Shown piece after piece: positions 9,075-16,825 of a stretch of DNA of 32,000 nt; position 1 is the stretch's first letter, and each line of letters begins with the position of its first letter. Below the pieces are notes generated by a model. The model searched no databases, was not told the DNA's origin, and saw only the letters and a list, made by a program, of their open reading frames with translations. The stretch spans positions 1,440,001 to 1,472,000 of the forward strand of contig NZ_LNTB01000001.1 in NCBI RefSeq assembly GCF_001462395.1, in the 5' to 3' direction. Made by a program: the position numbers and the translations under genes. This stretch comes from Pyrodictium occultum (GTDB lineage Archaea > Thermoproteota > Thermoprotei_A > Sulfolobales > Pyrodictiaceae).

Positions 9075-9797
9075 TTGAAGGCAGTAATACTCGCGGGCGG
9101 GTTCGGTAAGCGCCTCCGCCCCCTCACAGAAGACAGGCCCAAGCCACTTGTAGAGGTGGCGGGGCGCCCCATCATAGAGTGGCAGATCCTGTGGCTCCGG
9201 AGCCATGGTATGAAGGATATCGTGGTCCTCCTAGGCTACAAGTGGGAAAGGCTTGTAGAGCACCTGGGCAGCGGCCACAAGCTCGGGGTTAGAATAGCCT
9301 ATGTAGTAGAGGACGAGCCGCTCGGCACGGGCGGCGCTATAAAGAATGCTGAACACCTCCTCCGTGGCGAGGACCTCTTCATAGTCATCAACGGTGATAT
9401 AGTGACTGATCTAGACCTCGGGAGGCTCGTCTCAAGGCTGAGGAGTAGAGAAGACGCCGTCGCGGCGATAGCGTTGGTGCCCCTCCGGAGCCCCTATGGA
9501 GTAGTGGAGCTTGACGAGGAGGACCACGTGGTCAAGTTCGTCGAGAAGCCCACCCTCGACTACTGGATCAACGCTGGCGTGTACGTGATGAAGCCAGAGG
9601 TGCTCGACTACCTCCCCGAGAAGGGCGATATAGAGCGTACAGCGTTCCCCAGGCTCGCCGAGGAGCGGCGCATCCTAGGGGAGCGGTTTACCGACGCGTA
9701 CTGGCGCAGCATAGACACGGTGAAGGATCTAGAGGAGGCGGCCCAGCAGATCCGGGCTCTTCGTCTAGAGGAGAAGCTTCTTAGCAAAAAAGCCTAG
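9075..9797 (+). CDS. sugar-1-phosphate nucleotidyltransferase (mannose-1-P guanylyl / glucose-1-P thymidylyltransferase family)
   Basis: It carries the canonical '[35 protein letters not shown]' and '[11 protein letters not shown]' motifs. TTG 9075 gives the usual 'MKAVILAGG' N-terminus and has a GGTGG motif 8 nt upstream. GTG 9063 is an alternative start. The 8790 start is rejected. Confidence 0.8.
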   Translation: MKAVILAGGFGKRLRPLTEDRPKPLVEVAGRPIIEWQILWLRSHGMKDIVVLLGYKWERLVEHLGSGHKLGVRIAYVVEDEPLGTGGAIKNAEHLLRGEDLFIVINGDIVTDLDLGRLVSRLRSREDAVAAIALVPLRSPYGVVELDEEDHVVKFVEKPTLDYWINAGVYVMKPEVLDYLPEKGDIERTAFPRLAEERRILGERFTDAYWRSIDTVKDLEEAAQQIRALRLEEKLLSKKA

Positions 9798-10096
9798 CTC
9801 TCCCCGCTCTTCCCCGCCTTCTCCTCCTTCTCTAGCTCCTCTTGGAGCTTCTTAATCTCCTCCTCTATCTCCTTCTCAATCTCCTCCACCGGCTTGGGCG
9901 GCGGTGTTGTGGCGAGGGTGTAGCCTATCCATGCAAGTATGCCGAAGACGCCCGCCACGGCTATGAAAGCTGTGAGCTTCAATAGGGCTAGATCTATCCC
10001 CTTCCTGGGCGGCGCGAAGAGCAGCCAGCCATAGACTATTATCACCAGCAGTGAAACCACTATTAGAGCTGCGCCTACAGCACGGTCAGAGGGCAT
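9794..10096 (-). CDS. small two-TM membrane protein with an acidic coiled-coil tail
   Basis: Starting at ATG 10096, the sequence '[26 protein letters not shown]...[21 protein letters not shown]' gives two clear TM helices, followed by '[22 protein letters not shown]'. A TATA-like element lies ~40 nt upstream. The longer 173-aa ORF overlaps the divergent thioesterase gene. Confidence 0.55.
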   Translation of the reverse strand: MPSDRAVGAALIVVSLLVIIVYGWLLFAPPRKGIDLALLKLTAFIAVAGVFGILAWIGYTLATTPPPKPVEEIEKEIEEEIKKLQEELEKEEKAGKSGES

Positions 10097-10134
10097 CCCT
10101 TCATACCCCCTGCCAGTAAACGCCCGGGACGTGC

Positions 10135-10142
10135 TATAAAAA
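10135..10142. promoter_or_regulatory. shared AT-rich TATA-like element (TATAAAAA) between divergent genes
   Basis: It is the only AT island in the 79-nt spacer. It lies 34-41 nt from GTG 10176 on the plus strand and 39-46 nt from ATG 10096 on the minus strand. Confidence 0.4.
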
Positions 10143-10175
10143 TCTGACAGCGCAGAGCCGGCCCAGGGGCACCCA

Positions 10176-10643
10176 GTGGCGGGAGAGCCCCTGTTCGCGG
10201 CAAGGTACCGTGTACACTGGAGCGAGACAGACGCCGCGGGGATAATGCATTTCAGCAACTTCTTCCGCGCCCTGGAGCGCTGCGAGGAGGACATGCTAGC
10301 CAGTCTAGGCCTCATGGACTCTATTGTGGGCCAGATGCCGCCCAGGATAGTCTTCCCCAGGGTGCATGCCGAGTGCCTTTACCAGGCCCCGCTGAGGCTC
10401 GGCGATACCTACCGCGTAGAGGTCACGGGTATAGAGCTGGGCAGGAAGAGTATAAGATACAGCTTCAGGATCGTGAATGAGACCCTGGGCAGCCCCTCTG
10501 CGGAGTGCAGCATCGTGGCGGTGGCCTACAGCATAGCCGAGGGAAGGTCGATACCAATACCGGAGGAGATGAGGAGAAAGCTGCTGGAGATAGGAGCCGT
10601 TGAGAGGGAGAAGAACAGCCAAGCCCGGGGAGAGGAGGGCTAG
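10176..10643 (+). CDS. acyl-CoA thioesterase (4-hydroxybenzoyl-CoA thioesterase / YbgC hotdog family)
   Basis: 155 aa. 'YRVHWSETDAAGIMHFSNFFR' is the typical 4HBT catalytic-Asp region. Confidence 0.75.
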   Translation: MAGEPLFAARYRVHWSETDAAGIMHFSNFFRALERCEEDMLASLGLMDSIVGQMPPRIVFPRVHAECLYQAPLRLGDTYRVEVTGIELGRKSIRYSFRIVNETLGSPSAECSIVAVAYSIAEGRSIPIPEEMRRKLLEIGAVEREKNSQARGEEG

Positions 10644-12640
10644 CCCCTCCCTCCTCCCGCGGGGGCGGCGGTCACGGGCTCCAGCGTGGTCGCGTTGAAT
10701 GCCTTCACCCGGGGCAGTGAGTAGGGAGAGACGGTGTATATGGCATCATCTATGTAGACGCTCCTAGCGGCGCCAGAGTGGCCGAGCACCCCCAGCAGCT
10801 CCAGCCCTCCACGCCGTGCATCAAGCTTCACCACAGCCACACCGCCGTACACCTTCTCCATGCCGGTGGCCCCCTTCAGGGGCACGGCCACAGCGCCGCT
10901 AACCGGCAGCAGTATGTAGCCATGCCTAGGGTCGAAGGTGAAGGCCCGGTGGCCCAGCCTCGGGTCCAGCACCGGGCTCCACACGTAGCCCCTGCCCCCG
11001 ACGTGGACCCTGCCCAGTACCTCCACGCCTCCACGCTGAACCTTGTAGAGGCTCACCCTCAGCGCGGGTCCATCCCGCCCCACGCCGATGAGGAGCGTTT
11101 CGTTTACCGGGTAGAGGTACTCGTCGAACCCCGGAGACTTGATGAACCCCACCACCCTCGGCCTACGTGGATCGCTCAGGTCCACGGTGAATAGCGGGTC
11201 AATCCTCCGGTACGTTACGAGGTAGAGCCGGGGCCCTAGGAAGAGGGTAGCGTGCACCCTCTCCCCCACCACGATGCTGGTGTTCGCTATCGCCCTCAGG
11301 TTCGTGGAGTTGAACAGGTAGAGGCTCACTCTCGTAACCCACCTTCCCTCCTCGAAGCCCTGCTCCTCGACGACGGCGCGGAGCACGCCACGGTACTCGT
11401 CGAGCATCCACTGCTTCCTCACCACGCCGGGTAGGCGGGCGACAGCCCTGACGGACAGCCTTGGCCCCGGCTCCACCGCCAGCTCGACAAGCAGGCTCCG
11501 GGACCACCGGCTTGGAGACCCCCATAGCCTCCGGAGATCCGCCGCCAGCTCCCCGGGGGTCACGTTGCCCCTGTCTCCCAGGATCCGGTGGAGCTCCTCC
11601 ACCCCCGGAAGCACTACGTAGAGCCGGCCTCCACGCGGCATATACATGGCGGAGGGGTGGGCCCCTATGAGGGTCAGCGTGGAGACACGGCCGGTCCTGA
11701 GGCTGAAGGCAGCCACTATGGTCTCGAGCGGCTCTGGGCCCACGATGAGCGGCGGCTCCGGGACGGGGGTGGGGCCGCTGCCCGCCCCGAGTAGCAGGGG
11801 GCGCACGAGGAAGCCGGTATAGGTTATCAGCAGGAGCGTATCGTTGTAGAGCCTCGCGTCGTAGAAGCTGCCGGTGACAGCCCTAGCCCATAGGGGCTTC
11901 ATCCCAGGCCCTAGCTTGATCACCCAGGTCCTGGAGGGGAGCAGCCATGGGCTCCTAGCCTCCTCGGCCACCACCACCAGCTGGCCGTTCTCCATGAATA
12001 GGCCTCTCACCCACACGCGGTGCACAACCCTGGCGACGGGCTCTACCCTGCCATGGGATATCAGTGCCAGCTCCTCGTCGCCTACAAGCTCCTCCACCTC
12101 CCGGCTAGCGTTGAAAACACTGACAAGCCTGAGAGCCTCCGGCGGGTATACATTGTACACCTCAGCCGCGCTGCCTGCTGCAACGGCTATGTGGGTGCCG
12201 TTAGTCTTGACTATATCGGGCTCGTCCACCCCGGCTACCTGGACGTTAGTGGAGCTATACTCCGGTGCAGCCCCCACCTCCCTCGTGGCCGGGCCCGCGG
12301 GGGACGCCCCACCCAGCGGCATCACCGGGCTCTGAGGCCTCAGCCTAGCAAGCTCCTCCACAACGCTCCACGGCACTCTGTAGCCATAGCCCGTCCATGA
12401 CACGGCTAGACTGGTGTTAGCCCGGCCGCCGGCCGTCGTAGTGGACGGCGGCCCTGCCCCGCTCCCCGCCGCGGCGGTAACAGTGGTGGTCACCGTGGCG
12501 GTCGCTGCCTCCGGCTGGGCCCCGCCCGGCCTCCCGTGGATGGAGCCGAGCATGTAGCCGGCAGCAATACCGAGGAGGAGGACAGCGACCATAATCGTGA
12601 TGCTGCTGTACGAGATCCTGCCCAAAGCGTGGTGCACCAT
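10640..12640 (-). CDS. N-terminally anchored secreted beta-propeller domain protein (Beta_propel/PF09826-like)
   Basis: 666 aa. It has a TM anchor 'ITIMVAVLLLGIAAGYML', a Thr/Ala-rich linker 'ATATVTTTVTAAAG...STTTAGG', and 'NVQVAGVDEPDIVKTNGTHI', which is typical of that family. The start codon is embedded in the TGGTGCACCA palindrome. Confidence 0.7.
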   Translation of the reverse strand: MVHHALGRISYSSITIMVAVLLLGIAAGYMLGSIHGRPGGAQPEAATATVTTTVTAAAGSGAGPPSTTTAGGRANTSLAVSWTGYGYRVPWSVVEELARLRPQSPVMPLGGASPAGPATREVGAAPEYSSTNVQVAGVDEPDIVKTNGTHIAVAAGSAAEVYNVYPPEALRLVSVFNASREVEELVGDEELALISHGRVEPVARVVHRVWVRGLFMENGQLVVVAEEARSPWLLPSRTWVIKLGPGMKPLWARAVTGSFYDARLYNDTLLLITYTGFLVRPLLLGAGSGPTPVPEPPLIVGPEPLETIVAAFSLRTGRVSTLTLIGAHPSAMYMPRGGRLYVVLPGVEELHRILGDRGNVTPGELAADLRRLWGSPSRWSRSLLVELAVEPGPRLSVRAVARLPGVVRKQWMLDEYRGVLRAVVEEQGFEEGRWVTRVSLYLFNSTNLRAIANTSIVVGERVHATLFLGPRLYLVTYRRIDPLFTVDLSDPRRPRVVGFIKSPGFDEYLYPVNETLLIGVGRDGPALRVSLYKVQRGGVEVLGRVHVGGRGYVWSPVLDPRLGHRAFTFDPRHGYILLPVSGAVAVPLKGATGMEKVYGGVAVVKLDARRGGLELLGVLGHSGAARSVYIDDAIYTVSPYSLPRVKAFNATTLEPVTAAPAGGGRG

Positions 12641-12750
12641 TAGGGTCTGAGCCCGAGGCCACGCTGCGATATGCTGACATCTACGCTAAAATATCTCTGC
12701 CGCCCGGCCCCGGAGCTCCAACATGCCTTCACAAGCCTTCGACAGCGTTC

Positions 12751-12948
12751 TCAGTGGCCTGCGGTGGCGGCGGCGTGGAGCGCGACCAGGAGCATCGCAG
12801 CTACGAGCATCAATACTATCCCTGTGAAGGTCTCGAAGCCCCTCAGCAGGCCATCGGCCTCGTCTCTGCGCTTGCGGAGCAGCCTAGCGCTGGCGAAGAG
12901 TACAAGAGCTATAGCTGCTCCCAGGCTGGGTATGATTAGGGGCGGCAC
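12751..12948 (-). CDS. putative small two-TM membrane protein
   Basis: 65 aa with a GTG start preceded by GGGGTGG 4 nt upstream. Two hydrophobic helices flank a basic loop, 'RLLRKRRDEADG'. No homology was recognised. Confidence 0.4.
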   Translation of the reverse strand: MPPLIIPSLGAAIALVLFASARLLRKRRDEADGLLRGFETFTGIVLMLVAAMLLVALHAAATAGH

Positions 12949-13006
12949 CCTGCCACCCCAGGGGGTCCCGGGGGGCTCCCCCAGGCCCCTCCCCTAACTA
13001 ACCCCT

Positions 13007-13032
13007 TGTGTTATTGAACTGTGTTATTGAAC
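13007..13032. repeat. perfect tandem 13-bp direct repeat (TGTGTTATTGAAC x2)
   Basis: Read directly from the sequence. It is an AT-rich island in the divergent spacer between the small membrane ORF and pepA. A GTTCAA inverse match to TTGAAC follows ~20 nt downstream. Confidence 0.9.
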
Positions 13033-13142
13033 CCTACCCCTGCTCTGTGCTGTTCAAAACACTTTGCATGACCCGGCTGCCGGCAGGCGGCGCTCTTATC
13101 ACCCCTCCAGGCATGGTAATCCCTACGCCCCGGTGCCTTGTT

Positions 13143-14612
13143 ATGCGCGGCTCCATAAGGGTGGGCGACGCCGCCGAGGGTGTTGACGCTATAGCGTATG
13201 TCGCTGGCCGCGAGGCCCTGGACTGGCTCCGCGGCGTGGACCCGGCCGCGTCCCGTGTGATAGAGCTGGGCGACTTCAAGGCCGGGCTCGAGGAGACCGC
13301 TCTCATCTACCGCTTGGAGGGCGTCCCCAGGCTTATTCTCTCGGGCGCTGGCGGCGAGGACGAGTGGATCGGCCACGCCGAGCGGCTCCGCGTGGCGGTG
13401 GCGGCGGCGGTAAAGCAGGCCCGGAGGCTCCGCCAGATCCGTAGGCTAGGGATAGTCGTCGAGAAGGGGCTCCTCGAGAAGGCCGCCAGCGAGGGCCGTG
13501 GCGAGAGGTGGGCCGTGGAGCAGGCCCTCATAGCCGCCGACATGGCCAACTACGTCTACAGCCTCCATGGACGCGGCGACCGCCCCCACGTGCTGGACGA
13601 GATCCGGATCGGGCCCGGCGACGAGAAGGCCCTCGAGAGTGCCAGCGCGATCGCCGAGGGCGTGAGGCTGGCCAGAGACCTGGCCAACGCGCCGGCCAAC
13701 ATAATGGGGCCGGACGGCCTCGAGGACGCCGCGAGAGAGCTGGCCAAGAGGCTAGGCCTCGGGATAAGAGTGCTCCACCGCGGCGAGCTGGAGAGCCTCG
13801 GCATGGGCGGGATACTGGCCGTCGGAAGCGGCAGCGACAAGGAGCCCAGGCTCATAGTGCTCGAGTACCACGGCGGCGGCCGCAGGGTAGCAGTAGTGGG
13901 CAAGGCGGTGGCCTTCGACTCCGGCGGCCTCGACCTCAAGCCCTCCCAGTACATGCTGGAGATGAAGTATGATAAGAGCGGCGGCGCGGCAGCCATGGGC
14001 ATCATAGCCGCTGCCGCCAGGCTCCGCCTCCCCGTAGAACTCGTAGCCCTGATCCCCGCCGTGGAGAACATGCCCAGCGGCCGCTCCTACAAGCCCCTAG
14101 ACGTGATAAAGATGTACAATGGCTTGACTGTCGAGGTCGGGAACACTGACGCAGAGGGAAGGCTAATACTAGCAGACGCCCTGGCATACGCGGCGGAGAA
14201 GTACAAGCCCGACGCAATGATAGACCTTGCAACCCTCACCGGGGCCGCCGTGGTGGCCTTAGGAAACCACGCAGCAGCCCTCATGTCCAACAACGAGGAC
14301 CTAGCCTCAGGGATCGAGAAGGCCGCCTGGGCCGCCGGCGAGCCCGCCTGGAGGCTTCCCATGTGGCCGGTCTACGAGAAGCAGCTGGAGAGCAAGGTGG
14401 CGGACACCAATAACATAGGCGGCCGCTGGGCGGGAGCGATAACGGCAGCCAAGTTCCTGGAGAAGTTCGTCGATGGGAGGCCCTGGGCGCACCTAGACAT
14501 AGCGGGCGTGGCCTGGGTGCAGGAGAAGGGACCCTGGAAGCCCTACTACCACCAAGGAGGCGCCACCGGCTGGGGCGTAAGAACAGTTGTAGAGTACCTC
14601 CGGGGCCTCTAA
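13143..14612 (+). CDS. pepA: leucyl aminopeptidase (peptidase M17)
   Basis: It carries 'VGKAVAFDSGGLDLKP', 'MKYDKSGGAA', the M17 signature 'NTDAEGRLILADAL' and 'DLATLTGA'. ATG 13143 ('MRGSIRVGD') has GGTG 7 nt upstream and gives a typical 489-aa length. Confidence 0.85.
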   Translation: MRGSIRVGDAAEGVDAIAYVAGREALDWLRGVDPAASRVIELGDFKAGLEETALIYRLEGVPRLILSGAGGEDEWIGHAERLRVAVAAAVKQARRLRQIRRLGIVVEKGLLEKAASEGRGERWAVEQALIAADMANYVYSLHGRGDRPHVLDEIRIGPGDEKALESASAIAEGVRLARDLANAPANIMGPDGLEDAARELAKRLGLGIRVLHRGELESLGMGGILAVGSGSDKEPRLIVLEYHGGGRRVAVVGKAVAFDSGGLDLKPSQYMLEMKYDKSGGAAAMGIIAAAARLRLPVELVALIPAVENMPSGRSYKPLDVIKMYNGLTVEVGNTDAEGRLILADALAYAAEKYKPDAMIDLATLTGAAVVALGNHAAALMSNNEDLASGIEKAAWAAGEPAWRLPMWPVYEKQLESKVADTNNIGGRWAGAITAAKFLEKFVDGRPWAHLDIAGVAWVQEKGPWKPYYHQGGATGWGVRTVVEYLRGL

Positions 14613-14680
14613 TATCATATTATTTTATAAGCTTTGAACTTTAACAGGGCTACGGGAATCGCGGGCCCCGGCCCTAGATG

Positions 14681-14716
14681 TTTTACAAAAGGCCCTCCAT
14701 GTAAGCGCCCAGGGCC
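14681..14716 (-). terminator. hairpin plus T-tract downstream of the ChlI/D gene
   Basis: On the minus strand a GGCCCT/AGGGCC stem (14691-14696 / 14711-14716) with a 14-nt loop is followed by TTTTG. The same spacer also carries the T-rich run 'attattttataag' just after the pepA stop. Confidence 0.3.
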
Positions 14717-14732
14717 TCCCCGGGGGCCCGTC

Positions 14733-16769
14733 TTAGGCATCAATCCCCGGCATCCGATACGGTATTTTGACTACTTCAGCTCCAAGGGCTTTTGCCAGCA
14801 GCTCCGTATAGTCTAGTAGCTTTAGACTCCTGGTACTCTTTGTATCATACACTATTGCCTTCACCTTTAGCCTCCTAAGCTCCTGAGAGACTCTAATTAT
14901 GTCGCTTTCGATGCTGTTCGTTAGCGGAACGTTAGCCCTTCCATCAGTTATTATATGGAGCACTAGATGCGCGTTAGGCCTCTTCAGTAGGAACCCTTTG
15001 GCCTGCCTACTAGCTTCAAGCAATGCTGCAGGCAGGGGAGTAGAACCTCCTATAGTGACCTGGTTTAGAGCCTCCATGAGCTTCTTCCAGTTACGCGTAG
15101 GCTTCACAAGGGTTTGCGCATTCCTTCCCTGAAACGCTATAAGGCCTACCCATGTGCGCTCGACGTAGCTCCTACGCGTCACTCCCTCAGCTATAGATTT
15201 GGCTAGGACGAGCCTTCTCTCAGCATACATGCTGCCACTGGCATCTAGCAGAATCATGTGCAGTACCTCAGGCTCCTCACGGTACACACGGACATGTATG
15301 TCGTGGACCGATGGCCTCCTGGCTCTACGCCTTAGGGCAGCACGGAGGGTAGCATAATAGTCTACCTGGTAGCCTTCCCCGAGCCTCTCGGGCTCCCGGA
15401 GGAAGGGTATAGAGTCTACATGCCTTCCCCAGCCATAGAAGCTTACCCGGTAGCGTTGCCAGCGTACCCTTCCTCTAGGCCCTGTAGGAGCTATCGCGGC
15501 ATGCTCCGGTAGATAGTAAATGCTTCTGGGGGGTTCATGGAACCAGGGATCTGCCCTAACGTCTCCAAGCCTGGCGAGAGGCGTGGCGCCGGACCCTGCA
15601 CCGCTACCAATAGAGCCCGTGGTTGGCTTGCCACTGTAGTCTTCTCCGCCATCCTCTCTGCCTCCCTGCACCCTCTCGCCGCCTTTGCTTCCGTTATTCA
15701 TGCTTCTGTTGTTGATTAGGGGATTTTTCCGCCCATTTTCTGGCCTATTTTTTTGCCTACCTGTATCCTGTTGCCCATCCCGGCCTAGATTCTGCAGAAG
15801 GGTTTGTAGCTTTTTCATCTTCTCCTCTGGGCTCTCAAAGGGCTGTGAACGCAGCCTATGCGGCAGCGCTAGCTCCATAGCCTTCTTTACATCCTCGATG
15901 CTTACAGTGGTCCGGCCATCGAGCGCTGCCAGAGCTTTAGCTGTCCGTGCAGTAACTATGTCTGCTCTATGCGTCCTTATTCCGAGCTTAACCGTCGTTT
16001 CTGTAATGAGGCGCAGTAGGCTTCTCGGTATCTCTACTCTGGGGAATAGCTCCCTAGCACGCCTAATCCTCTGACGTAGCTCTGCCTCCTGCTTCTCGTA
16101 CCGCTTCATGAAGCCTATAGGGTCTCGGCGAAACTCCTCAACTCTCTCGACTATCAGTGCCCTCTCCTCTGGGTCCTGTGAGGCATTAACATCAACATAG
16201 AGGCCAAAGCGGTCGAGAAGCTGAGGTCTAAGCTCGCCCTCCTCCGGGTTCATGCTGCCGACCAGTATGAAGCGTGCGGGGTGGCGGATCGAGAAGCCCT
16301 CCCTCTCCACAACATTCCAGCCAGTAGCAGCAGCGTCGAGTATGAGATCTGCTATGTGGTCGTCAAGTAGGTTGACTTCATCTATGTAGAGTATGTTACG
16401 GTTTGCCTCCGCCAGGAGCCCTGGCTTAAACACAACCTCTCCTCTCTTCAGTGCAGCATCGACATCTATGCTCCCCACGAGCCTATCAACGCTAATGTTG
16501 AGGGGCAGGTCTATAACCCTCATGGGCCTCCACTCGACTTCAAACCTCTCGCCTCTCAGCCACATCTTGTAGTGCTTGTCGCACATTTCCCTGGGGTTGA
16601 AGGGGTTACAGTTGAAGGGGCAGCCCTTAATCACCGGTATCTCTGACAGCACTTGTGCGAGGCTTCTCACAAGCGTGGTCTTCCCAGTACCCTTATCACC
16701 TACCAGCAGCACTCCCCCTACCTCAGGGTCTATGACTGCAGCCAGGAGGGCGAGCTTGGCTTTCTCCAT
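14733..16769 (-). CDS. chelatase ATPase subunit: ChlI-type AAA+ module fused to a low-complexity linker and a ChlD-type vWA domain
   Basis: Walker A 'GDKGTGKTT' and Walker B 'ILYIDEVNLLDDH' are present, followed by a G/N/R-rich linker and a MIDAS-type 'ILLDASGSM' vWA domain. The conserved ChlI N-terminal motif 'LPFTAIVG' is encoded in frame upstream of ATG 16769. The true start is therefore probably upstream, possibly CTG 16829 (see findings). Confidence 0.85.
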   Translation of the reverse strand: MEKAKLALLAAVIDPEVGGVLLVGDKGTGKTTLVRSLAQVLSEIPVIKGCPFNCNPFNPREMCDKHYKMWLRGERFEVEWRPMRVIDLPLNISVDRLVGSIDVDAALKRGEVVFKPGLLAEANRNILYIDEVNLLDDHIADLILDAAATGWNVVEREGFSIRHPARFILVGSMNPEEGELRPQLLDRFGLYVDVNASQDPEERALIVERVEEFRRDPIGFMKRYEKQEAELRQRIRRARELFPRVEIPRSLLRLITETTVKLGIRTHRADIVTARTAKALAALDGRTTVSIEDVKKAMELALPHRLRSQPFESPEEKMKKLQTLLQNLGRDGQQDTGRQKNRPENGRKNPLINNRSMNNGSKGGERVQGGREDGGEDYSGKPTTGSIGSGAGSGATPLARLGDVRADPWFHEPPRSIYYLPEHAAIAPTGPRGRVRWQRYRVSFYGWGRHVDSIPFLREPERLGEGYQVDYYATLRAALRRRARRPSVHDIHVRVYREEPEVLHMILLDASGSMYAERRLVLAKSIAEGVTRRSYVERTWVGLIAFQGRNAQTLVKPTRNWKKLMEALNQVTIGGSTPLPAALLEASRQAKGFLLKRPNAHLVLHIITDGRANVPLTNSIESDIIRVSQELRRLKVKAIVYDTKSTRSLKLLDYTELLAKALGAEVVKIPYRMPGIDA

Positions 16770-16825
16770 GCCTACTATTGCTGTGAAGGGCAGGTATAAC
16801 CTCCTCTCGCGCTCCTCCGGGCTGT

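Noticed and set aside
10097-10315. The N-terminal 73 aa of ORF 9794-10315.
   Set aside because: It overlaps the divergent thioesterase gene and the shared TATA element. The credible product starts at ATG 10096, just before the first TM helix.
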